From a virus (taxonomy: Duplodnaviria; Heunggongvirae; Uroviricota; Caudoviricetes): DNA of 64,000 nt. Position numbers and translations under genes: made by a program. Below are positions 55,601-62,940 of the stretch, one piece after another. The stretch is from positions 1 to 64,000 of IMG/VR virus record IMGVR_UViG_3300012007_000010, one strand, 5' to 3'. Under the pieces are notes generated by a model. That model was not told where the DNA came from. It made no database searches and saw nothing but the letters and a program-made list of their open reading frames with translations. Each line of letters starts with the position of its first letter. Position 1 is the stretch's first letter.

Positions 55601-58600
55601 CGGCGCCGGTTATCATTCCCTGCCAGAACTTCTTCGTCTCTTGCAGGGCGTCGGCAGAGAGATTGCGGATGTTACCCATGCGCTGGGTCATCATGTCGAG
55701 CACGGGCTGCTGCTTCAGGCGGTCGAGCTCTGCCTGATACTGGCGTATGAGTCGGGCATTCTTGACCCACTCCTCGCTCTCGGGCTCGATGGCGCGGTTC
55801 CTGGCTTCGAGCACCTTGACAGCCTCGGTCATGGTGTCGATGGTGAGCCGCTGTGCCTGAACTTGCTTCTTCTGGGACTCCAGTCGCTTCTCGGCGTTAT
55901 CGTCAATCTTCTGGTCATATTCTGCCAACGCCTTGCGACCCTCGTTCACCTTGTCGTTCAGTTTGCCTTGCTCGAACTCAGACTTCTTCAGCTTCTCACT
56001 CTCCTTATCCAGAGCGTCGGCATTCTTACCGTGGGCCTGTGAGAGTTCTTCGGTCATCTGACGGGCTTCGCTGCGGTTGTTATTGGCGCGTACATCGGCA
56101 GCGGCGGCAGCCTCTTCCTTCTTGGTTATCTCGTCAATCTTCTGTCCGCGCTTAGCCTCCAGCTCCTGTTTCTTCTGCTCCAGGGCGATGCGCTTCTGGT
56201 CTTGCTCGCTCAACTGCTCCTGCTGCTTGGCGGCATCACCCTCGGCGTTGGCTTCCTCCTTCACGGCCTTGGTGGTGTCCTCCAAGGTCTTCTTTTTGCG
56301 GCCACGGCTCTTGGCGCCTTTCTCTACAGCCTCCGTCTCCTGGTTCTGGGCGGCGGTCGATTTCTGGGTCTCCTCAGTGGATATGCCCATCATCTTCGTC
56401 AGGTCACTTACCGACTTCTCCCAGAGCTTCTTCAGACGGTTCTTGTCGGCTCTTGCCTTCTTGACCACGTTCTCGTTGTAGTCGTCAATCTCGTCCTTCA
56501 GTTGAGCCTTGGCGAGGGCGGCGTCAGTACCGCTACTGGGCAGGCTGGCATAGCGCTGCCGCATATCTTTCAGCTTTTTGTCAGCCTGCTCATATTCCTC
56601 GTTCATCTTGTCGAGGGCTGCCTTGCGGCGCATCACCTCTGCCTCCTGTGCCTTTATGGCGTCGGTCTGGTCCTTCGTGGCCTCGGTGGCATCCTTGGCG
56701 GCATCGGCTCCGCGACGGGTGGCATCGCTCACCTCGTCGGTGGCCTGCTTCACACCCTTGCTCACATCGACGAGCGCCTTTGCTTTCTCAATACGGGCAT
56801 CGTAAATATCCTTGACATACTGGATATGGACAGAGCCCACATCGGCACTAAGGTCTACGTCGCCGCCCATGAACATACCGTCCTTGCCTTGCAGGATTTT
56901 TTTGAGCAGCGCCTTGGCATTGGTCTTGTCATCCTTCCAACCGTATCGCTGCTGGAAAGCAGACACCAGGGCATCCACCTGACTGCCAGCCAGCGAGAGG
57001 GAACCGTTGTCGTTCTTGATCTTGCCAATCGTTCTCATCTTGCCAATCAGGAACTGCTGCACCTCCTCTGGGTCCGACATGTGCAACTTGCCAGCCTTGT
57101 AGCCCACGGTCGAAACCTTCTTGGCTTCTTCGAGGGCGGCTTTGGCTTCCTCCTGACTCATCTGCCTGACAGCCTCTGTCTCAGCTTTGATAGTCGCGAT
57201 GCGCTCCTTCTGCGCGTCGGTGAGCCTAACGGTCTTCTGCGTCAGCCCTTCAGTGGCAGCCGCTTGGCCGTTCCTCATCTTCATGGTCTGTATGGAGATG
57301 TCGTGCGACTCCTTCTGCGCCGCTTCGAGTTCTGCTTCCACGTCGGCGAGGGTGCGTTTCTTCTCTGTATCCTCCTCCACGGCCTTCACCTCACCGTTGA
57401 TAACGGCGGTCAGGTCTTTTATCTCCTTGCTATAGGCGGCAACCTTCGGCACGTTCTCCTCGACGTTCATGAAGAACTTATTCATGAAGCCGCTCTTTAC
57501 CAGTCCACCGCCCGACATAAGTTCCCTGACGGCAGCCATTGCCTCACCCTCTCCCTCTATGCCGTAACGCTCCTGGAACTTGCCCAGCAGCTGACTGATT
57601 TTCTCCGGACTGCTCTCGATAGACATGATGGTCTTGCCCATGTTGGCGGGGTTGATTTCTCCCAGCGCGTCGAAGAGATACCGCTGTGCCTCTTCGCGGT
57701 TGCCTATTTGCCACTTCTCACCCTCTTTCTTAAAGGTGGCCAGCTGCTGCTTCTGGTCGAGCATGGCCTGCGCCTGCTCCTTACTCAGGTCTTTGTAGGC
57801 GTTGGCTTCCTCCTTGACGGCAGCGGCGTTCTTCTCCTGCGTGGCGAGCATCTGCTTGCGTTCCTCGTTGAGCGCAGCTATCTTTATCTTCAGTTCGTCG
57901 TTGCGCTTTATCAGCGACTCCACTGTTACCTTTTCGTTCTCTGCAGCTTTAGCGGCAGTCTCGCCGGCCTTCACCTCCTTCTCCTTGGCAGCGGTGTTTT
58001 CCTCCGTGGCTTTGGTCTCTTCCTTCTTGGCGGCTGCTGAATCCTTAGAGGTCTGCTGTTCCTTCTTGGCGGCTTCGGCACTCTTGTCGGTAGACTGTGC
58101 CTCCTTCTCTTTGGCGGCACTAACTTTATCCGCAGACGCACCGGCAGCGGCAGGACCTGCCGACGTGCTCATCTTGGCGAGTTCTTCATTCACCTGCTTC
58201 AGTTCGTCGTCAATCCCCTTGACCTCGGTCTTCATCGTCTCGGCAGCCTCGCGGAAGCTCTTGGCGTTGTTCTCGTAGGCGGTCGCCTCCTGGTTCAGCT
58301 TGTCTATATTCTTCTGCTTGCGTTCGGCATCCTTCTTCTCGTTGTCGATGCGGTCCTGGATAGCGGCCACCACCTTGCGCTGTTTCTCCACCTCCTTGTC
58401 CTTGGCGATGGCGTTGGCAGCGTCTATCGACACCTGCTTGGCCTTCTCGTCGCGCTCGGCCTTCAGTGCGGCGATGTTCTCGGTGCGCTGTTTCACCTCC
58501 GCCTCGGCCTCCTTGCGCTGACGGGCGGCTTCCTCCACCCCCTTGCGGGTGAGCTGGCTGCTGCGCTCGCGGGCATCGTTGGCATCCACGATGGCACCCG

Positions 58601-59255
58601 TCAGGCGCCTCTCGTCATCGGTCTGCTGCTTGATGGCGGCATTTACCTGCTTCAGTATGTCGTTATACTCCAGCCACTCGTGGCTCATGTGGGGCAGCAG
58701 TCGCATCAGCTCCTGTATGCCGTCGGCCTCCTGCTTCAGGTCCTGCGACGAGATCTTACTGCCCTCTTTCCCGATAGACTGCAACATCTGCTCGGTGCGC
58801 AACTTATACTTCGCCAGGTTCTCCAGGTTCTTCTGCTGCAGGGCGTCCAGCTCCGCCATGTTCTTCTGGTAGTCCTTTGTGCCGGGCAGCAGTGCCTTCT
58901 TCGCGTTCTCGGCGGCATTATAGGATGCCTTCTGAAAGGCGGCGCTCATCTGGTCGAGCGTGCCTGTGTTGAAGGCGTCGATGGCACGCGAGAGGGTGGT
59001 CACACCCTTGGCGAGCGTGTTCATCGCGGTCTCGAATGATTTAAGTTCCCGTTCCTGCGTTCTCAGCTTCGCGCCGAGCTTGTCGAGTTCTTCCTGCGAC
59101 TTGCCCGTCTTGATGCCGTCGCTGATGGCAGTCTTGGTCTTCTCAACCTCAGTGCGCATGCTCTTGGCCGATTCGCGCAGCGCGTCCATGGCAGGGTTGG
59201 CCTTGGCGGCGTTGGCGCGGAAGTCGATGCTGATAATTTCGTGTCTGGATGCCAT
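46692..59255 (-). CDS. giant tape-measure-like protein (4187 aa)
   Basis: A single uninterrupted 12.5-kb ORF. The N-terminal ~2500 aa is almost pure coiled coil with ~55-aa tandem repeats (NLS..L.E(T/V)KRYWQ.M.DG...GS). The central Ala/Gly/Met-rich region resembles tape-measure core regions. The C-terminus has hydrophobic TM-like helices (LPAILAECLKIHPIAGAAIFAALTGVLGGLMGIAASKIG) and Gly-rich segments. The many antisense ORFs inside it are GC artefacts. Confidence 0.65.
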   Translation of the reverse strand: MASRHEIISIDFRANAAKANPAMDALRESAKSMRTEVEKTKTAISDGIKTGKSQEELDKLGAKLRTQERELKSFETAMNTLAKGVTTLSRAIDAFNTGTLDQMSAAFQKASYNAAENAKKALLPGTKDYQKNMAELDALQQKNLENLAKYKLRTEQMLQSIGKEGSKISSQDLKQEADGIQELMRLLPHMSHEWLEYNDILKQVNAAIKQQTDDERRLTGAIVDANDARERSSQLTRKGVEEAARQRKEAEAEVKQRTENIAALKAERDEKAKQVSIDAANAIAKDKEVEKQRKVVAAIQDRIDNEKKDAERKQKNIDKLNQEATAYENNAKSFREAAETMKTEVKGIDDELKQVNEELAKMSTSAGPAAAGASADKVSAAKEKEAQSTDKSAEAAKKEQQTSKDSAAAKKEETKATEENTAAKEKEVKAGETAAKAAENEKVTVESLIKRNDELKIKIAALNEERKQMLATQEKNAAAVKEEANAYKDLSKEQAQAMLDQKQQLATFKKEGEKWQIGNREEAQRYLFDALGEINPANMGKTIMSIESSPEKISQLLGKFQERYGIEGEGEAMAAVRELMSGGGLVKSGFMNKFFMNVEENVPKVAAYSKEIKDLTAVINGEVKAVEEDTEKKRTLADVEAELEAAQKESHDISIQTMKMRNGQAAATEGLTQKTVRLTDAQKERIATIKAETEAVRQMSQEEAKAALEEAKKVSTVGYKAGKLHMSDPEEVQQFLIGKMRTIGKIKNDNGSLSLAGSQVDALVSAFQQRYGWKDDKTNAKALLKKILQGKDGMFMGGDVDLSADVGSVHIQYVKDIYDARIEKAKALVDVSKGVKQATDEVSDATRRGADAAKDATEATKDQTDAIKAQEAEVMRRKAALDKMNEEYEQADKKLKDMRQRYASLPSSGTDAALAKAQLKDEIDDYNENVVKKARADKNRLKKLWEKSVSDLTKMMGISTEETQKSTAAQNQETEAVEKGAKSRGRKKKTLEDTTKAVKEEANAEGDAAKQQEQLSEQDQKRIALEQKKQELEAKRGQKIDEITKKEEAAAAADVRANNNRSEARQMTEELSQAHGKNADALDKESEKLKKSEFEQGKLNDKVNEGRKALAEYDQKIDDNAEKRLESQKKQVQAQRLTIDTMTEAVKVLEARNRAIEPESEEWVKNARLIRQYQAELDRLKQQPVLDMMTQRMGNIRNLSADALQETKKFWQGMITGAEHGSTELKEYERNLEKVAKEEEKRRQEIQAPMRKRLNNLEKLSTADLAETKRYWETVRDGVSQTSAAYKKAELAVKALTNEENRRKANIQAQYINEQMRDLNNLSTAGLTEVKRYWQAMADGAKRGSDEARDAEAALKRINDIESERRRTADKQQVRTLFGDLSKKNGEDIRAAIEAGRRLIDTYDSGGPAARRLSQAILDAEEHLKQYGIEAERSARREAQALEEAAQRRKEQDQLMRQQLDQGTSLSESALKTQQQYWQRLIDDPKTAKESLAGYRYELERTIALQEQQASVTREERAARLNGNLRDYSTAEIREAIEAAKQLAASYKSGSTEATELTKKIVAAEEHLNKYSIEIARKAKKDADELQEQQATLAKSQTGGFDGASMDQLDEAIKRLKAYRALIENPSTSGKGTFDDVTAEIEKLTAQLDALKGKTDKAKAAFENADAVIARFSEHMKGTVVTTSGQSIDEQLSQHVSVFDDNIKEATEDIDRWEKEVKKAEERLASLEAQRDKLSEKVRNRSSLGRAMFGDSDRKKMRKLNDEIEGDEDHRVGARELVTMNKWYLDSAKERLDYYKQQKAEALGLVEVEEQVQKARRMTREEMQEGIKVLEAEAMAQDRSTADGQKRWEELRKTIGEMNKELKEATGEWMKLADAQKIADGAGKKGFAASAQEIQQATQALERRREELIRQIRAERDLDNAVDAQEKELDDLTKKLRSLKFEQDNVNMSQEKMRTLIETPANAVNLDELRAAIKRADGQLRQMQDSLGQNSDEYKRFAEQVRNAKNVMKEMEGQAKASATAWEKAFSRLKTYVVMYMGFNELWQKVSGTLGDLMQLSDRMGEVGKTTQMTAEQVGRLTDRLRDLDTRTTLVALTELSAKAGQLGLKTEEDILGFTEAANKMLVALPEMGADGATQMMKVALATGEVNRIKKDMDKGLIEGSSATAVAMEKIASTIDQLRANSAAAAPQITDFVKRVGAVGAQSGITIDQVAALGSTVDALGMRVEMSATALSRMIPAIRNNAFEVAKAIGMAPEALRKMFDEAGGGMNAMLAIFQHIKDAGMNPDDIEKMLGMGGMQDIMKDLNQQGARAGIVFAGLSQNVDVLRQHLGIAAEAYEENVAIQQEYDRMSETTAAKWERLKNQFEEMWVGTSANNALGGVIDALRVIVDLISGPLNTAFNSTVISVVAIKSGLTSIPAAAGSVFDYLKESAQKAAADLEKAANATDAISDAAEGVGEAADVVGDMGDALSDAKEAGEQAGEAVESATGAISGMGAASKVSIFSINGLKTAWKGLDTTMKANIIVAVIALLYTLGKAIYDIVTSVDAEKKALAEANQEADRATEKLGVYFDHLKDTTAELDAARKATEGMTAGTDKATEAEIRMTKATDNHRTAIANINQNYSKYLGFMLTEYDRAEMVAAAHNKIAAAIRREILMKQKQASIEENEKKHQDDLSDDWAKIVSQMTEDDRMTGDQAASARLAFRKMLSKSYTTNANGDLVASDQLKKDLGSLYNDNASLEQLTAVWMARYLQQNYGLNRNAIKDITGIDYYKSDYGMSKGRYIWTTSKELWGNNLRGDYLEEYFDMQRENAKTGRLYQEDLGATEEDLKESTTTIVGQLKDNINAQISLLRQSDLSAKERNDAYAELARALEGVNENVDELETAEQQQTKQFVTDVLEKNKKFIDSSRLQRARDKIQQGFDAFSTLDTETNNIWGNRLPAESTDWKNMTAEQLVNRRKQMKDFVNAIQTDTDVKAVLAEDKALKKAIEAGMSSDMRTVIEWYNTERLKIQDELHARHLTNTGDWKDPKQQRAAKKQWHDEIDAYLHELDAYYTERKTRIEQARNDEEITEGEAWRRTIQNENEWQTRRAELQKIYADKSGEVTKEEMDAIYRIISERTGDTVEFVRGTVARTNKFAKDIAKTGEKGAAMIHKWESDMDLSAERSFLKAAQAIGKQMKFIEDTLAKERPYDGITKNLQDNLDKMGVLAAKYRRENEELARQGKEPKYSNEQITAQSYDEMAFYLRQAADAYSIDIDELLRRMVKEGMTATAEEISKSDMLKQAVMGQLRKTYQEVQDAVKKEASQIKKDVEIIWNDDARGIGGMSMKATFDKALAQLGMQQDSVSRANSLIGAGAASDNVASRLAMKQIEVQMRMQKAQYDMYRVQANQRMAALKAEAEEHRRLAKQMEKENHLAESKRELLMATNAERDAENVRLSLGLTLAEETKKQEQQKAELLKIQEESQNRLYTSLREWADLLTSSLQGVFEASHAGDAEYYNELAKLNLTGKGGPGAGTYVVIDDAGTSDAKAHYEYLDERQALERQHEIEVQNAQAEAWRKLMDDLNKKMSETITDQINAMLQNQSIDANTQAVIANTQALWAQVGQGASTGFTDASQLKRDENGFALDGSGQIIAPIQPTEPAQTEQPTSYWPIGDTEQKPMWTATDPANTAATDANTQAVNALTQALGGQAPAASTPADVPAAPALAPAGGETADGVFLQKPFFQMTEEEKAQAMTAIGELWQAYNEGGVEAMTQMAASLAEIPGVVLPPWQIREDELEAVMERMGTLWQSYADQGIAAMQQMSDAMAEMPNKIPDPTQLTEEHVETATQNAANMYNSVANANISASNHATEAILENQQKIKQGENQTSKQMTQSTGNMFAKMTQAANLYGIAYQAMSNDNLSTEQKFQMIALQTAGQTAIAMLTTNWSKDQSKVAGSLPAILAECLKIHPIAGAAIFAALTGVLGGLMGIAASKIGKHKSEISQATGASVSAGRLATGMLTYKTGNVNELTDPASLTPGRQYNVDGADGKTYRARYMGKGAKTHITNGPEFHLVGEAGPEAIIDARTTRLMRMDDTGIWRDIQTLYNGGSISGLSTRRRRGTGVRAFADGNIGEFEDMADGGGLTAEGTGGMGMEQMLTALDRNSAIQEALLERLNQPIYARNIWTGPEGIPNMYNKMQKEAQRHGEKYL

Positions 59256-59288
59256 AATCGTATGTTGTGTTTTTGCGTTGTCCTTATA

Positions 59289-59852
59289 TTATCGTGAAAC
59301 CTTGTCGCGGGTACTGGCCCAGAAGAGGGCGCGGTTGATGGCGTTGCGCCCCTCGACGGTGTCGCCTGCCGAGAAGACCATATACACCAGTCCGGCGAAG
59401 GAGAAATACTTCGTGGCGTAGGCGGCGAAGTGTTTGGCCTGCGTGCGCATCTCGGCCACTACATGCGGGCGACCCTTCATCTTGCGGGTTGGGATGGCAA
59501 TGGGCTTCCACTTCTTATGCGGGATGGCGGGCACGGGACCGTTATAGGGGTTGTTGAAACCGACGCCGAGCTCCAGAAACTTGGCGTAGTAGATGTAGCG
59601 GGCGCGGAACACCTGCTCGTCGCCCCCGCTGGCGGCGAAGGTCATCCACTGCAGCGATCGCCTGAGCTGTCCGCTGCGCTCGTTGATTACTCGTCCGTAG
59701 TTATCCATCGTGCGGTCGTGGGCAATCTTCTGGAAATTGTTTATCCACCGCATGATGTGGTCGTCGTGCCAGTTCCATTTCCACGACAGTACTTTGTCGC
59801 CGTACTTGTCGCCTATCCAGCTGGCGCCTTGCATCTCAGATATGAGGTCCAT
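59289..59852 (-). CDS. hypothetical tail-associated protein (187 aa), co-transcribed with the giant gene
   Basis: W/Y-rich ORF 33 bp upstream of the giant gene. It has its own late motif. Confidence 0.5.
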   Translation of the reverse strand: MDLISEMQGASWIGDKYGDKVLSWKWNWHDDHIMRWINNFQKIAHDRTMDNYGRVINERSGQLRRSLQWMTFAASGGDEQVFRARYIYYAKFLELGVGFNNPYNGPVPAIPHKKWKPIAIPTRKMKGRPHVVAEMRTQAKHFAAYATKYFSFAGLVYMVFSAGDTVEGRNAINRALFWASTRDKVSR

Positions 59853-59878
59853 CGTATTTACTCCTTTTTTTTGTGGGG

Positions 59879-59913
59879 AAGATAGAGCGCGGAGGGGCCG
59901 GAATCAAGGGCAG
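59879..59913 (-). promoter_or_regulatory. late-promoter motif copy (CTGCCCTTGATTCC-N-TATCTT)
   Basis: Minus-strand ctgcccttgat tccggcccctccgcgctc tatctt. Confidence 0.45.
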
Positions 59914-60018
59914 AGCGGGCGGGAGCGATGGGCACGAAAGCGTGCTTTCGGTGAATATGTCGAGCCGCTGCCTGCGCTCGGTGAAGTCAGGGACAATGCG
60001 AGACAGAAGCAGAGACAT

Positions 60019-60060
60019 ATAAAAAGCGGATGCAGCGGACCGTCGCGGTCGGCTGCATCC
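60019..60060 (-). terminator. rho-independent terminator (9-bp stem GGATGCAGC...GCTGCATCC + T5)
   Basis: Minus-strand transcript reads GGATGCAGCcgaccgcgacggtccGCTGCATCC GCTTTTTAT, directly after the 60146..60736 gene. Confidence 0.6.
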
Positions 60061-60145
60061 TGATACGTTTAATTAAAAATCCTTTTTACCTGCGAGTCTC
60101 GCGGCGGGCGGATGGCAATAATTTGTACATCATATTGTTATAACC

Positions 60146-60736
60146 TTAAATGATTGTTGTCTCTTCGGGTTGGTGGGTCGATGGTATATTGGGTTGGCGG
60201 GTCAATGCTGCATCGGCTTCTTCGTTTTCCCTCTCCTCCTCCTCCATCTGTCGCACAAGAACTTCGGCCAGGCAGTGCTGCCATCGACGGTGCAGCTCGC
60301 CGCCCTCGCGCTCGGCCACGTCCATAGCGCGGTACAACTTCCGCTCCGTGTCGCCCCACTGGCCCTTATACAGCGCTGTCGGCTCCGCCAGCTGCTCCTC
60401 TACGGAGGCCAGCAGGCGCATCGTGAGGCGTGCCTCGGCGCTGCGGGCGGTGCGGATGCGATTGGCGAGGGCGTGGTAGTAGGAAGCCCCCCTCTCATCC
60501 CCCGAGGGGGGAGCCTCTTTCTCTCCTTCCCTCGGGGAGGCTGGGTGAGGGTTGGCCATGTTTTCCAGCAGCGCCTGTGCCGCCAGTTCCGCGTCGTCGG
60601 GCTCTGGGGTGAGCGGTGCGGGCTTAGTGCCCTCGATGCGGAGGGGAACAGGCTCCACCCCCTGCCCCTTCTGCTGATGGGTCTGGGTGGCAGCCTTACG
60701 TCGGAAGAATTTCTTGATAGTATCTGTCAGTTTCAT
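60146..60736 (-). CDS. hypothetical protein (~196 aa from MKLTDTIKKFF)
   Basis: Protein-like ORF with an Ala/Glu/Arg-rich helical region. The ORF-track start at 60799 is less likely. Confidence 0.45.
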   Translation of the reverse strand: MKLTDTIKKFFRRKAATQTHQQKGQGVEPVPLRIEGTKPAPLTPEPDDAELAAQALLENMANPHPASPREGEKEAPPSGDERGASYYHALANRIRTARSAEARLTMRLLASVEEQLAEPTALYKGQWGDTERKLYRAMDVAEREGGELHRRWQHCLAEVLVRQMEEEERENEEADAALTRQPNIPSTHQPEETTII

Positions 60737-61046
60737 GCCCGCAAGATAGGGTGCGGGGCTGCGGGGTGCAAGGGCAGGGAGCGTCCGCAAAATCCGCACG
60801 ATTTGCGTAAATTAACTTCACTTTGCTTTGCTTTCCCGAAAACTTTGCATATCTTTGCACCTGTTAAAGCATCTGTGCGGCCATGCCGTCCTCACCAAAG
60901 CGGCATTTATGTTTGCCATAATTACAGATAATACTTACCCATCGGCCACACCGCCAGCGTCGGGAACAGCGAAAGCCTCCCGGAGTCCAAATCGCACAGA
61001 GGACTTGACACCGCCGCGAGTGTGGCCGATATTTTTTGCAAGGATT

Positions 61047-61574
61047 ATGGAGAAGAACGACATCTTGAAACACGAGCCGCAGACTGAGGCGGTGGCAATG
61101 GAGAACGAGCCGGGCAGCTACGTGGCCTACTTGAGCCTGGACTACCTCGACATGGTGTTTGCCGACAATGGCACCGTCGGCGACAAGGACAAGCAGCAGG
61201 AGTTCATCGACGGCCTGCAGCAGGAGCTGGGGGACGTGATACTGCAGCGCAAGGGGCGACCCGGCATCGCGTGGTCGTGGATGTGGCAGGACGCGAAGGG
61301 AGAGCAGCACCGCGCCGTGGAGATTATGCCCATGAAGGCCAAGGTGGCCGGGCTGCAGACGGTTGCACCGCCCGACATGACGGGCTACCAGGAGTTGCGC
61401 GACAAGTTGAAGGCACTGGAACTGGAGTGTGTCATCCAGAAACGGCAGATAACCATGCTCGCCGAAGCGCTGAAGATGAACAACCTTATCAGCGAGCGCG
61501 GCTTCTGCACCTGTTTCGACCGCGAGCCGGGCGGACTGGTGGAAGAGTATGAGAAACAGAAGAAGGAGGAGTGA
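61047..61574 (+). CDS. hypothetical protein (~175 aa from MEKNDILKHE)
   Basis: An internal-Met start is preferred over the low-complexity N-terminal extension of the 60828 ORF. Confidence 0.45.
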   Translation: MEKNDILKHEPQTEAVAMENEPGSYVAYLSLDYLDMVFADNGTVGDKDKQQEFIDGLQQELGDVILQRKGRPGIAWSWMWQDAKGEQHRAVEIMPMKAKVAGLQTVAPPDMTGYQELRDKLKALELECVIQKRQITMLAEALKMNNLISERGFCTCFDREPGGLVEEYEKQKKEE

Positions 61575-62269
61575 GCGGCTATGGAACAAAAATAAACGAT
61601 ACGATTATGTCAAGAGCATTTTACAAGGCGGAAATCCGCTACGACAACAACGACTCGACCACGAGCGAGCAGACGCTCTACGTGTACTGCGACAACACCT
61701 CGGACTTCGAGTATGTGATGAACGAGAAAGGCCAGACGGTGGACTGCGGTGGCACGGACTCTTACATGACTGTGCTGGGAAAGGTGATGGCACTGGAAGA
61801 ATGCTACGGACCGGGCACGGAGCGAGTGAAGATAACAAGGTTGGCGCCCGGCTCCGCCGACCTGCCGCAAGCCGTCAGGGTGCGCCTGTTCGGACACAGG
61901 GATGGCGAGAGTAAGCCCGCCTTCAATCAGATGATGCTTTTCCTGCGCGACGAAGTGAGACAAGCCGTGTTTGAATGGATGAGTCGATTCGACGCCGCCA
62001 GTGAGCGTGACGTATGGCAGGCTGTGCGCTATTGGGCCGAGGATTGGACCAGGCTGCTTGAAGGCTATGAGAAGTGGCACCAGATGAAGGCAGGCGACAG
62101 GGTGGTCTGTGATATCGCATCAAAGAAAGGCTGCACGGGCGTCGTGACATCCCTTGGTTTTAGCCGCAGTCACGGCTACATCGCCGACGTGAAGATGGAC
62201 AGCGACGGCAGTATCTATGTGCTGAACGTGAAATACATGGAGGTGGTCAAGAAGGAGCAGGAGGACTGA
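61571..62269 (+). CDS. hypothetical protein (232 aa with GTG start, or 220 aa from ATG at ~61607)
   Basis: Protein-like ORF whose start overlaps the upstream stop. Confidence 0.45.
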   Translation: MSGYGTKINDTIMSRAFYKAEIRYDNNDSTTSEQTLYVYCDNTSDFEYVMNEKGQTVDCGGTDSYMTVLGKVMALEECYGPGTERVKITRLAPGSADLPQAVRVRLFGHRDGESKPAFNQMMLFLRDEVRQAVFEWMSRFDAASERDVWQAVRYWAEDWTRLLEGYEKWHQMKAGDRVVCDIASKKGCTGVVTSLGFSRSHGYIADVKMDSDGSIYVLNVKYMEVVKKEQED

Positions 62270-62273
62270 GCGT

Positions 62274-62528
62274 ATGGGACTGGTGGATGAATTTATGAAC
62301 GAGTACAAGTACTTGTCGGAGACGAACGAAGAACGATGCCGGCGAGTCAGACGGCTGGCGTTTTACCGTCAGCAGCTGCACGACTACCTGACCGAGCGGT
62401 TCAGACGCAACAACCACCCGAAGTATCACAAGTATTGCGAGGAATGGATAAGCCAGACCACGATAGAACAGCTGCGATACTTCGAGCAGGAGAAACGGAG
62501 AATAGATTGCGGCGTAGTGCTGCGATGA
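62274..62528 (+). CDS. hypothetical protein (84 aa)
   Basis: Starts 4 bp after the upstream stop (GGAGGACTGAGCGTATG junction). Confidence 0.4.
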   Translation: MGLVDEFMNEYKYLSETNEERCRRVRRLAFYRQQLHDYLTERFRRNNHPKYHKYCEEWISQTTIEQLRYFEQEKRRIDCGVVLR

Positions 62529-62562
62529 AAGAACGATAAAACAAACAGAGCAATAGAGCAAT

Positions 62563-62940
62563 ATGAGAGAGAGTAAGTTTCGCGGTTTTAACCGCAAGAA
62601 CGGTGTGTGGCTGTATGGTTTTTATTTGCAGAACCGGGGCGCACACTTCGTCTGTCCCGACGAGTTTGCCGAGGGCAAGTCGTGGGACGACTACGAGATT
62701 GACCCCGAGACGCGCGGCGAGTACACGGGGCAGAAGGACAAGAACGGGCAGGAGATATATGAGGGCGACGTGATGGCTACCGAAATGAATGGCTGCAGGT
62801 ATGTGCAAGAGGTCGTTTGGTCAGACATCACAAACGGATTCTCGTTCCGTGGTCACGGTTGCGGGCCGATGTTTCACAAGCCATCGTTCATGGAGGTTAT
62901 CGGCAACATCCACGATAATCCCGAACTTTTGGAGCAGTGA
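62563..62940 (+). CDS. YopX-family phage protein (125 aa), third paralog
   Basis: KFRGFNRKNGVWLYG, KDKNGQEIYEGDV, VIGNIHDNPELLEQ. Confidence 0.7.
   Translation: MRESKFRGFNRKNGVWLYGFYLQNRGAHFVCPDEFAEGKSWDDYEIDPETRGEYTGQKDKNGQEIYEGDVMATEMNGCRYVQEVVWSDITNGFSFRGHGCGPMFHKPSFMEVIGNIHDNPELLEQ

Noticed and set aside
46665-59285. Many long plus-strand ORFs antisense to the giant gene (e.g. 48633..50714 693 aa, 51006..52712 568 aa, 52725..54053 442 aa, 56202..58040 612 aa)
   Set aside because: Arg/Leu/Gly/His-rich, low-complexity translations typical of the antisense frame of GC-rich coiled-coil coding DNA. They lie entirely inside a single uninterrupted 12.5-kb minus-strand ORF.
60167-60208. 18-bp near-perfect direct repeat GGGTTGG(T/C)GGGTC(G/A)ATG(G/C)
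   Set aside because: It lies inside the 3' coding end of the 60146..60736 gene and encodes a short peptide duplication (…RQPNIPSTHQPEE…). It is not an att site or regulatory repeat as first suspected.
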